DNA of 45,298 nt, from positions 1 to 45,298 of the forward strand of contig JAENWE010000055.1 in the NCBI GenBank assembly GCA_016650185.1. Reading direction: 5' to 3'. The notes under the pieces are model-generated. The model was not told the origin of the DNA. It worked only from the letters and a program-made list of their open reading frames with translations, and did no database searches. The stretch comes from Vicinamibacteria bacterium (GTDB taxonomy: Bacteria > Acidobacteriota > Vicinamibacteria > Fen-336 > JAGNNV01). Below are positions 1 to 7,439 of this stretch, piece by piece. The position numbers and the translations under genes were made by a program. How positions within the stretch are numbered: position 1 is the stretch's first letter; every line of letters begins with the position of its first letter.

Positions 1-11
1 CCCCACCCTCG

Positions 12-581
12 ATGAAGGACATCATTCATCGCGTCCCCGAGCCCAGGCTCGACGAACAATCTCTCTCTCGGGGCAGCGAAATCCCTGATTTCCCGTCCAT
101 CTATAAGGCCTCCGGCATCAAGGACCCGAGCCACGGCTTCACCGCCTACAAGGTCCTCGAAATTCTCTCCTCGCCCGACTTTGAAGGCCTCGATGGAAGG
201 GCCAAGGCGGCGGCCCTGTCGGGGTTCCTGCGTATGAATCCGGCAGGGCCGGTCCCGATCGAAGACGTCATCCAGGACGCTCTCGCACGGGACAACGCCC
301 TGGATGGGTTCGAGGGCTTCCTGCGCATGAAGCTGGATGCGCGAAAGGCGGATCGGGAAAAGGAAAACGCGTCCCTCCAGGCCGGCATCGACGAACTCGC
401 CCGGAAGAACCGTGAAAAAATTCAGGAGAATCTCGAAGCGATCGCCAAGGAACTGGAGCGTTTCGCCTCCTGGCAGGCCAGAAAACGGATCGAAGAACAA
501 AAGCTGTTCGAAGCGGTGGGGCCGTTCGTCGAAAAGAACCCGGTATCGGTTGGTAATTCTTCACCGGAACCAAGGGGTTAG
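12..581 (+). CDS. hypothetical protein with C-terminal coiled-coil; first visible gene of the PspA cassette (true 5' end may lie upstream of the window)
   Basis: 189-aa ORF from ATG 12. The frame is open to the window edge. It lies on the same strand as the PspA gene, 65 nt upstream. The C-terminal third is charged and heptad-like (KADREKENASLQAGIDELARKNREKIQENLEAIAKELERF). No family recognised by eye. Confidence 0.55.
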   Translation: MKDIIHRVPEPRLDEQSLSRGSEIPDFPSIYKASGIKDPSHGFTAYKVLEILSSPDFEGLDGRAKAAALSGFLRMNPAGPVPIEDVIQDALARDNALDGFEGFLRMKLDARKADREKENASLQAGIDELARKNREKIQENLEAIAKELERFASWQARKRIEEQKLFEAVGPFVEKNPVSVGNSSPEPRG

Positions 582-646
582 GCGGCCCGAAGCGCCCCAA
601 GCCCCCCCATCGCACCACACGCGCTCAACCAAGGAGGACATCCGCA

Positions 647-1402
647 ATGTTCGGTCGGCTCGGCAGAATGATCAGATCCTGGATCGGTTTCTTCATCTCG
701 TTCGGCGAGGACCCGGAGGTGATGCTCCAGGAATCGATCGAAGAGATGCGCAACACTCTTCCCAAACTGAACCAGATCCTGGTCACCACCCGGGCCACAG
801 TCATCCGGCTCGAGCAGGAGAAGGACGAGATGGAGCGAAAGGAGAAGCAGCTCATAGCCTCCATTCAGGCGGCGCTCAAGGAGGGCAGTCCGGAGGCCCG
901 GCGAATCGCTGAGGACGACGCCTCCACCCTCCAGCAGATTCGCGGCGAACTCACCGCCACCCGCGAGCAGTTCATGGCGGCATCGAACGCTTTCGAGAAC
1001 GCGCAACTGACGGTTGACGACATCAAGGGCAGGCTCAAGACCAAGATCGAGCAATGCCGTCGGGCCATCCAGGAATCGAAGAAGGCCGCGGTTCTGAAGA
1101 CCGCCTCGGCCGCTCTGGCGGAACTCGATACCTACGGAACCGCCTCCACCGCTGAGAAGTACCTCGACGAAATCAAACAGCGGGTCGCCGAGGGCAAGGC
1201 CTCGGTCGAGATCGCGACCGGCGGTCTGGATGTGGATCGGATCAAGATGGAGCGCAAGGCGCGCCAGATCCAGGCCCAGGGCATCCTCTCCGAGTTCGAA
1301 GTGGAGATGGGACTCAAAAAGCCCGACGCGGTGGCGGTGGCGGCCCCCTTTCCCGAAGCGGCTCCCGCGCAACCGCAGAAGACACCACAGGCTGGATCGT
1401 AA
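647..1402 (+). CDS. pspA: PspA/IM30 (Vipp1/LiaH) family protein, ESCRT-III superfamily
   Basis: 251 aa. The N-terminus MFGRLGRMIRSWIGFFISFGEDPEVMLQESIEEMRNTL matches the PspA/IM30 signature (amphipathic helix, then EDPxxxLxQxIxEM), followed by ~200 aa of continuous helical/coiled-coil sequence. AAGGAGG lies 9 nt upstream of the ATG. Confidence 0.85.
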   Translation: MFGRLGRMIRSWIGFFISFGEDPEVMLQESIEEMRNTLPKLNQILVTTRATVIRLEQEKDEMERKEKQLIASIQAALKEGSPEARRIAEDDASTLQQIRGELTATREQFMAASNAFENAQLTVDDIKGRLKTKIEQCRRAIQESKKAAVLKTASAALAELDTYGTASTAEKYLDEIKQRVAEGKASVEIATGGLDVDRIKMERKARQIQAQGILSEFEVEMGLKKPDAVAVAAPFPEAAPAQPQKTPQAGS

Positions 1403-1411
1403 AGCTCCTCA

Positions 1412-2344
1412 GTGCTTGAGAAGTACCCTGTCCTCAAGCGAGCCCTCGCGAACCAGTACCAGGTGATCCTGGTGGGGGCCGCGGCCACGCTCGCGGTCGC
1501 CACCATCTCGCCTCTGCCCTTTCTGCTCTTGCTGGGCGGCGAGTTCATGGTGATGCCGTTCATGTTTGAGCGCCTCAAGCGACGGCTTGAAATTGAAAAG
1601 AAGTACGCCGCGCGCCAGAGCGAGAGCCTTTCCCAGAACGAGCGTTACGATCAGCTCCATCCCGATCAGAAGCTCCGTTACGACGGCCTCAAGAAGCTCT
1701 GCCGGCAGATTCAGGGCAACTACCGTGGCCTCACAACCGCAAGCCAGGGGATCCTCGCGGAGTACACCGACAAATTCGAGGCCATCCTCGCCACCTGCCT
1801 GCGCCGGCTCTGGCTGGTGCGAAAGTACGATTCGATGATTCACGCCTTCGACGTGGACAAGGTCAAGTCGGAAACCGAGAGGCTGACGGAGTCCCTGGCC
1901 GGGGACGGACTCTCGCCACGGGTCGCGGAGGCCTGGAAGCAGAACCTGGAGATCAAACAAAAACTCCTGGCCGCGGTCGACCGCAATATCGCCAACCGCG
2001 AAGCGCTGCTGGCGGAGCTCGACTCGCTGGAGTCGTTGTTTCAGTTGCTGCTCCAGAAGTCCCTCGCGGCCACCGACGCTCAGGCCTTTTCTCAAGAGAT
2101 GGACGATCTGCTGTCCCAGGCCGATCAGGACGAGGCCAGCGTCAAGGAGATGGAACAGCTTCTCGGTTCGATGCCGGAGCTTTCCGGAATCCCATCCATC
2201 TCCGATGAAGTCGGGAAACCGCTGCTCGAGACACCGGAGGAGCTTCAGCCCTTCATCTCCAAGCGCGTGTCGCGGGGCCCCGATAGAAACCGGACGAGTC
2301 CCGGCGCTCCGGCCCCCCCCAGACGAGGAGAGCGTTCGCGATGA
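1412..2344 (+). CDS. membrane-anchored helical/coiled-coil protein of unknown function
   Basis: 310 aa with a GTG start 9 nt after the pspA stop (start uncertain, no SD). Hydrophobic hairpin near the N-terminus (ILVGAAATLAVATISPLPFLLLLGGEFMVMPFMF), then ~230 aa predicted helical, an acidic stretch (QADQDEASVKEMEQLL) and a basic Pro/Arg tail. Its stop overlaps the next gene's start (ATGA at 2341-2344). Confidence 0.7.
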   Translation: MLEKYPVLKRALANQYQVILVGAAATLAVATISPLPFLLLLGGEFMVMPFMFERLKRRLEIEKKYAARQSESLSQNERYDQLHPDQKLRYDGLKKLCRQIQGNYRGLTTASQGILAEYTDKFEAILATCLRRLWLVRKYDSMIHAFDVDKVKSETERLTESLAGDGLSPRVAEAWKQNLEIKQKLLAAVDRNIANREALLAELDSLESLFQLLLQKSLAATDAQAFSQEMDDLLSQADQDEASVKEMEQLLGSMPELSGIPSISDEVGKPLLETPEELQPFISKRVSRGPDRNRTSPGAPAPPRRGERSR

Positions 2345-4092
2345 GCACAGTCCCTCCCAATTCGTTCATTGAAACCCTCCCCGGCTGGGCCGCCGAACTG
2401 GTGCGCGCGGTTCGAGCCAAGCAGGCGAATGCCTTCCTCATTCACGGCACGGTCGCGGACCTGGTGCCCGTGCGCTCGTCAGCAGGACTGCGTTTTCTGT
2501 CGCTCGAGTCTTTTCTTCAGCAGGAGCTCTTCGCCGGCTGGCCCGCGCTCATCACCTATAACCGGGCCGAAGGTCTGGGATTTTCGTCGCCCGACGCTCG
2601 CGGACATTTTCAAGAGAAGCTGAAAAGCTACGACGCCGTGCACGGCACGTCCTACGCCCAGGCCCTTCCCCGCGACCCCGGCAATGCCTTCGCGTTGCTC
2701 GATTCATATTTCCGAAGTTGCGCCATGGCCCAGCCGCCTCGGCCGGTGGTCATGATGCTGCCTTTCGCCGACACCGTGGTGCCCGCGGGCGATGCCTCGT
2801 ACCGGACGCCCGAGGATCGAGCCGTGCTCGTCTACCTGCGCAAATGGTCGCAGGACCCGACACTTCTGGCCAAGAACATCGTCGTCGTCCTGGTCACCGA
2901 GACGCTCGCCGAGATCGACCCCAAGTTGCTGCGCGCGAACGCGGCTCGCGAAGTCGAAATCGTCCGCCCCGATCAAAGGGGCCGTCTCGAGTACCTCGAA
3001 GCGGCCCGCTCCACCGAGTGGTACGCGAAGATGTGCGAGCTCGAACCGGCCCGGCTCGCCGAACTCACCGCGGGCATGACACGGGTGCAACTCGGCCAGA
3101 TTCTCGACGGCGCGGACGCGGGCGCCATGAAGATCACCCGCGACGAAGTGAGGCGCATCAAGAAGGAGGTCATCGAAACCGAGGGCCTCGGACTGCTCGA
3201 GTATGTGGAGCCCAAGTACGACCTCTCCATGGTGGCCGGGATGCCCGCGGTCAAGGAACGGTTACGGCGCGCCGCCCGCGCCATCGCCCGCGGCAATCCC
3301 GCGGCGGTTCCCATGGGCTACCTGATCTGCGGCCCGGTGGGCAGCGCGAAAACCTTTCTGGTCGAGTGCTTCTCGAACGAGATCGGGTTCCCTTGCGTGA
3401 AGTTGAAGAACTTCCGGTCGATGTGGGTCGGGTCCACCGAGGCGAATCTGGAGCGAATCCTCAAGATCCTCTCTTCTCTGACGCCGGTCGGCGTGATCAT
3501 CGACGAGGCCGACGCGGCTCTCGGGAATCGAGATGCGGGTGGCGACTCAGGCACCCAGAACCGTGTCTTCGCCCAGATCGCCGCCTTCATGGGCGACACC
3601 CGCAACCGCGGGAAGATCCTGTGGTTCCTGATCACCTGCCGGCCTGACCTCCTCCCCATCGACCTGAAGCGCCAGGGCCGCGCCGAAGAGCACGTGCCGC
3701 TCTTCTATCCGGAAACCGCGAGCGAGTACGACGAGATCTATCGGGTCATGCTGAAGAAGCTCGCAATCAAGACCACAGTGACCGATGTGTCCAAGGTCGC
3801 CGACGAAAGAGCGCTGATGGGACTGTCCGGTTCCGATCTCGAGGCTGTTCTGGTGCGCGCGACCCTGGAGGCCGAGGCGGAGGGCGTTTCAGAGGTCAGC
3901 GAGGCGCACCTGAAGCGAGTCTTCGCCGATTTCATTCCCCCCAGCAATTCGCGCGAGCGGGAGATGCAGATTCTCTGCGCGGTGCTGGAGTCGACGAGCC
4001 GCGAACTGCTGCCTCAGAAATACCGTGACATGGAAAGAGGCGAGATCCAGGCCCGGATCCAGGAAATCAAGATCGAACTGCGCCTGGCCTAG
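2341..4092 (+). CDS. AAA family ATPase, classic clade: degenerate N-terminal AAA-like domain plus C-terminal AAA domain
   Basis: 583 aa. C-terminal half has Walker A-like GPVGSAKT, SMWVGSTEANLERIL (cf. SKW[FL]GESE of Cdc48/Vps4-type AAA), Walker B VIIDEADA, and second region of homology ITCRPDLLPIDLKRQGRAEEHV. N-terminal half has AAA-like spacing but no P-loop (FLIHGTVADLV; VVMMLPFADTVV; VVVLVTETLAEIDPKLLR). Confidence 0.9.
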   Translation: MSTVPPNSFIETLPGWAAELVRAVRAKQANAFLIHGTVADLVPVRSSAGLRFLSLESFLQQELFAGWPALITYNRAEGLGFSSPDARGHFQEKLKSYDAVHGTSYAQALPRDPGNAFALLDSYFRSCAMAQPPRPVVMMLPFADTVVPAGDASYRTPEDRAVLVYLRKWSQDPTLLAKNIVVVLVTETLAEIDPKLLRANAAREVEIVRPDQRGRLEYLEAARSTEWYAKMCELEPARLAELTAGMTRVQLGQILDGADAGAMKITRDEVRRIKKEVIETEGLGLLEYVEPKYDLSMVAGMPAVKERLRRAARAIARGNPAAVPMGYLICGPVGSAKTFLVECFSNEIGFPCVKLKNFRSMWVGSTEANLERILKILSSLTPVGVIIDEADAALGNRDAGGDSGTQNRVFAQIAAFMGDTRNRGKILWFLITCRPDLLPIDLKRQGRAEEHVPLFYPETASEYDEIYRVMLKKLAIKTTVTDVSKVADERALMGLSGSDLEAVLVRATLEAEAEGVSEVSEAHLKRVFADFIPPSNSREREMQILCAVLESTSRELLPQKYRDMERGEIQARIQEIKIELRLA

Positions 4093-4120
4093 CAGCCCGT
4101 GGTGATGGACCGGGCGCCAT

Positions 4121-5464
4121 TTATCTCCTGAACGATCGTATTTCCTGAGAAAGGTCGGCAGGAAGACCATGATCCGCGAGGATGACCTCGGCGGTCTCGA
4201 CCCCCGAAAACAGAGCGGTGCCGGTCGACACGATGGAAGGGAAGGTCCGATAGTTGCCGGCGAAATAGACGTTCGGGAAACGAGACGAACGGGGAGGCGG
4301 ATTCCGATAGCCTCGGCCAAAGACGGGGGAGTACATGGGCACTCGCGCGACGTTGGTCCAAAAAGGCTCGAGGTCAAAGCCGAAGATAGCCTGGAAATCC
4401 TCGAGGTAGAGGCTGATCAGTTCCTGATCGGATTTCGCGAACAGCGGCCTCGATCGATTGTTGAGGTGGGTCACGAAGTTGACGCATGAATCGCCCGGCG
4501 CGCCGATCGTAGGGTTCAGGGAGTTCAACAGGAACACGCCGCAGGCCGCTCGATCAAGAGAGGCGAGGTTCATCCAATAGAAATCGGGTGACACCTTCTT
4601 CTTCGAGGCGCAGATCACGGAGACAAGCGCGGTGTAGCGGATATCCGCGAGCTGCGGCGTCGTCTCCTCGGGAGCCAGGCCCATGTAGACCTCCGCAGGA
4701 ATCGTGCTGACCACGATGTCCGCCTCGATCTGCTCTCCATTCACGAGTTCCACCGCACGGACCTGATCGTCTGACTTGAGCAGCCCCGCAACCGCGGCGG
4801 ACGTGCGAAGGGCGACACCTTGCTCCGCCACGAGTTGCGTGATTCCTTCGCAAAGCACCTTGGTCCAGTTGGCGCCGGGAATGTACCCGAGGGGCGCCGA
4901 GCCTTCTCGATGATGAAGCCGGGCCCCGAGCCAGGCCCCGCTGACCTCCTGGCAGGGCAGTTCGAATTTCAGGCGAGAGAGCGGCTCAAAAAGCGCCGCT
5001 CGAACTCCCGGCCCCGACCAGGCATCGAGCAACTCCACGGCGCTCTTGTCCTGCCAGTCGGACCAGTCGCTCTTGCCGAATGCGCGCGCCATCATCCAAG
5101 TGAAGCGTGCCTTGTCCGCAAGGGACATCGGAAAGGCGAGAAAGTCCGCGGGGTTCGCGAGGTTGTACAGTCGCTCGTTCACCCTGAACAACATCCGGAT
5201 TCGGCGCCATTCGACGCTCGAAAGCGCGCCAATCCGGTCGAGAAAGAAAAGAAGCGTTCGATCCCGATGGAGAATGTGGTGGTAACCGAGCGGGTAGAAG
5301 TGGCCCTCCCGCTCGAAGCTGCCGGCCAAGCCGCCCAAGGTTGGCCCGCGCTCCACCACCGTGACCTCAAAGGCTTTCGTGCGCGCCAGCGCATACGCAA
5401 CCGACGCCCCGGAGAGGCCCCCACCGAGGACGACAACGCGAGGCAGAGGGCGAGAGCCGGTCAA
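4121..5464 (-). CDS. NAD(P)/FAD-dependent oxidoreductase (amine oxidase / phytoene desaturase-like)
   Basis: 447 aa, TTG start. N-terminal dinucleotide-binding fold RVVVLGGGLSGASVAYALA...VTVVERGPTLGGLAGSF. The length and C-terminal FAGNY...STGTALFSG are typical of flavin amine-oxidase-fold enzymes. Confidence 0.8.
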   Translation of the reverse strand: MTGSRPLPRVVVLGGGLSGASVAYALARTKAFEVTVVERGPTLGGLAGSFEREGHFYPLGYHHILHRDRTLLFFLDRIGALSSVEWRRIRMLFRVNERLYNLANPADFLAFPMSLADKARFTWMMARAFGKSDWSDWQDKSAVELLDAWSGPGVRAALFEPLSRLKFELPCQEVSGAWLGARLHHREGSAPLGYIPGANWTKVLCEGITQLVAEQGVALRTSAAVAGLLKSDDQVRAVELVNGEQIEADIVVSTIPAEVYMGLAPEETTPQLADIRYTALVSVICASKKKVSPDFYWMNLASLDRAACGVFLLNSLNPTIGAPGDSCVNFVTHLNNRSRPLFAKSDQELISLYLEDFQAIFGFDLEPFWTNVARVPMYSPVFGRGYRNPPPRSSRFPNVYFAGNYRTFPSIVSTGTALFSGVETAEVILADHGLPADLSQEIRSFRR

Positions 5465-5492
5465 GGAAAGACCAGAATCAGAATGGACGCCG

Positions 5493-5722
5493 CTAGCCCG
5501 GATTATTCATGAGGAATCGTCGCGAGACGTGCCCCGAGGGCAGGCTGCGCGCTTCGAGACCGTGTCAATGGCGGGCAAGCGCAGTGACGAGCGACGCAAC
5601 AGTATTGAACATACTGTGAGAAGACGAGGAGCGAGCAGCGCGCAGCCTCCCCTCGGGGGACGCCCGCCAGTGGCGCGGTATCGGACGTCGTAGCAGATTC
5701 CCTCATGAATAGTCCGGGCTAG
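5493..5722. repeat. ~230-bp long imperfect inverted repeat (MITE-like element or large structured RNA)
   Basis: Outer arms 5494-5518 (TAGCCCGGATTATTCATGAGGAATC) and 5696-5721 (GATTCCCTCATGAATAGTCCGGGCTA) are complementary except for one G-U position and one bulge. Inner arms 5531-5552 and 5638-5659 are complementary at 20/22. Apical hairpin ACAGTAT-TGAAC-ATACTGT at 5599-5617. CTAG at both ends. The ORFs across it are Arg-rich and not protein-like. Confidence 0.7.
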
Positions 5723-6609
5723 GAGGGTGCGTAGAGCAGGTCGAGCAATTGTCGCTCGACGGCACGGAATTCGGCGGAGGACTTGAGCGAGATCTCGCGG
5801 TTGGCGAAGGCCGGCACGTTCACCCGGTGCAAGATTCGCGCTGGCCGCGCGGAAAGAACGTAGACGGTATCGGCGACGAACACCGCCTCGGACACATCGT
5901 GGGTGATGAATATCGTGGTGTTGTCCTCGGTTCGAGCGACGTCGAGCAGGAGGCCTTGCATCCCCCATCGGGTTTGCGGATCCAGGGCGCCGAAAGGCTC
6001 ATCCATCAAAACCAGTCGGGGCTGGTTGATGAGGGTGCGCGCGAGGGCCACCCTTTGCTTCATTCCGCCGGAGAGATCCTTCGGATAGCGACTGGCGAAG
6101 TCCATCAGGCCGACCGATTTCAGGTACTTATTGGCCCGTTCCGTCCTTTCCTTCGCAGGAACACCACGGAGTTTCAGGCCGTACTCGACGTTTTCGCGCA
6201 CGCTCAGCCACCCGAAGGAAGTGTAGGTCTGAAAGACCATGCCCCGATCCCGACCCACGCCGGTGACGAGTTCGCCGTCGACGTGGACGGTGCCCTTAGT
6301 AGGGGGCATGAGCCCGGCCACCGCCTTCAGGATCGTCGACTTGCCGCAGCCGGACGGACCAAGGAAGCACACGATCTCCCCCACCCCGGGCCGGTCGTCG
6401 ATCTCGAACGACACATCTTTCACGGCCTCCGTTCGTTGGCCTTCGCGGTCAATGTAGGTCACGCACAATCCGCTGGCGCGGAGCTTGGGCGCTTTCGCTT
6501 TCAGATCGGGGCGATAGCTCGCCTGGGCCGTGCCCTGACCGATGGTGAGCGCGACGGTTCCGGGCTCGCCAGCCTGCGGAACGGAGACCGGCGGATCGCT
6601 GGCGCTCAC
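5719..6609 (-). CDS. ABC transporter ATP-binding protein (NitT/TauT-type: nitrate/sulfonate/taurine/bicarbonate family)
   Basis: Walker A GPSGCGKST, ABC signature LSGGMKQRVALARTL, Walker B LVLMDEPFGALD, and an H-loop (ITHD). The ORF track extends to 6714, but a GTG at 6609 overlaps the permease stop by 4 nt (GTGA), which is the likelier start. Confidence 0.9.
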   Translation of the reverse strand: MSASDPPVSVPQAGEPGTVALTIGQGTAQASYRPDLKAKAPKLRASGLCVTYIDREGQRTEAVKDVSFEIDDRPGVGEIVCFLGPSGCGKSTILKAVAGLMPPTKGTVHVDGELVTGVGRDRGMVFQTYTSFGWLSVRENVEYGLKLRGVPAKERTERANKYLKSVGLMDFASRYPKDLSGGMKQRVALARTLINQPRLVLMDEPFGALDPQTRWGMQGLLLDVARTEDNTTIFITHDVSEAVFVADTVYVLSARPARILHRVNVPAFANREISLKSSAEFRAVERQLLDLLYAPS

Positions 6610-7400
6610 GCCGTCTTCTCTTTCCAGCGGAAGGCGATGTTCCAGAACAGCCGGATGGCGCCATCGGTGAGCAGGCCAATGCCGCCGATCACGAAAAGGC
6701 CGGCAAACGACCATGACGCCTTCTGATGAGTCCGCGCCAGTTCGACCATGTACCCGAGGCCGTGCTCCGGGTTCACCGCCTCGGCAAGGATGACGTAAGT
6801 CCAGGAAATCGCATTCATGACCCGGAAGGAATCGCAGATCTCGGGCAGGGCCGCGGGCACCAGGACGGTGCGGATGACCTGGAACTTGGAAGCACCGAGG
6901 GTGAGAGCCGTCTGCACAAGTTCTTCAGGAACCGACCGAACGGCCGTCACCACCACCGGAAGCAGATACACGAAAACGCCCAGAAAGAGGAACGCGATCT
7001 TTTGCTTTTCATAGATCCCGAACCACAGGATGAGCAGAGGGATGAAAGCGGAGATCGGCATATACCGCAGAGGCGACACCACCGGTTCAAAGAGCCGATT
7101 GACCGCCTCGAACGATCCCATCAACACGCCCAGCGGCAGGGCCAGGGCCGAGGCCAGCAGGAAGGCCATGCCGATCCGCCTGGACGAAATAAGAATCGCG
7201 TCCCACAGATCGTACTCGATGAAAAGCTGCAGGATCCCGCGCAGCACCTCGGTGGGCGAAGGCAGGAAATCAGGCGGCGCGAAACCGCCGTAGGACAAGC
7301 CGCACCAGGCGCCGAACAGAACGATGGGAGAAACCAGCCCCAGGGCGAAGGAGGCGCCCTGGGGGAGGTTGGTGCGAAGACCGAACAGGTCTCGAGCCAT
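6606..7400 (-). CDS. ABC transporter permease (NitT/TauT family, SsuC/TauC-like)
   Basis: 264 aa, about 6 hydrophobic segments, with an EAA-loop-like region (LTLGASKFQVIRTVLVPAALPEI). Lies between the SBP and ATPase genes on the same strand. Confidence 0.9.
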   Translation of the reverse strand: MARDLFGLRTNLPQGASFALGLVSPIVLFGAWCGLSYGGFAPPDFLPSPTEVLRGILQLFIEYDLWDAILISSRRIGMAFLLASALALPLGVLMGSFEAVNRLFEPVVSPLRYMPISAFIPLLILWFGIYEKQKIAFLFLGVFVYLLPVVVTAVRSVPEELVQTALTLGASKFQVIRTVLVPAALPEICDSFRVMNAISWTYVILAEAVNPEHGLGYMVELARTHQKASWSFAGLFVIGGIGLLTDGAIRLFWNIAFRWKEKTA

Positions 7401-7439
7401 GTCAGTTCAACCGGAGATCGCCGCTTGGAAACCGCTCGG

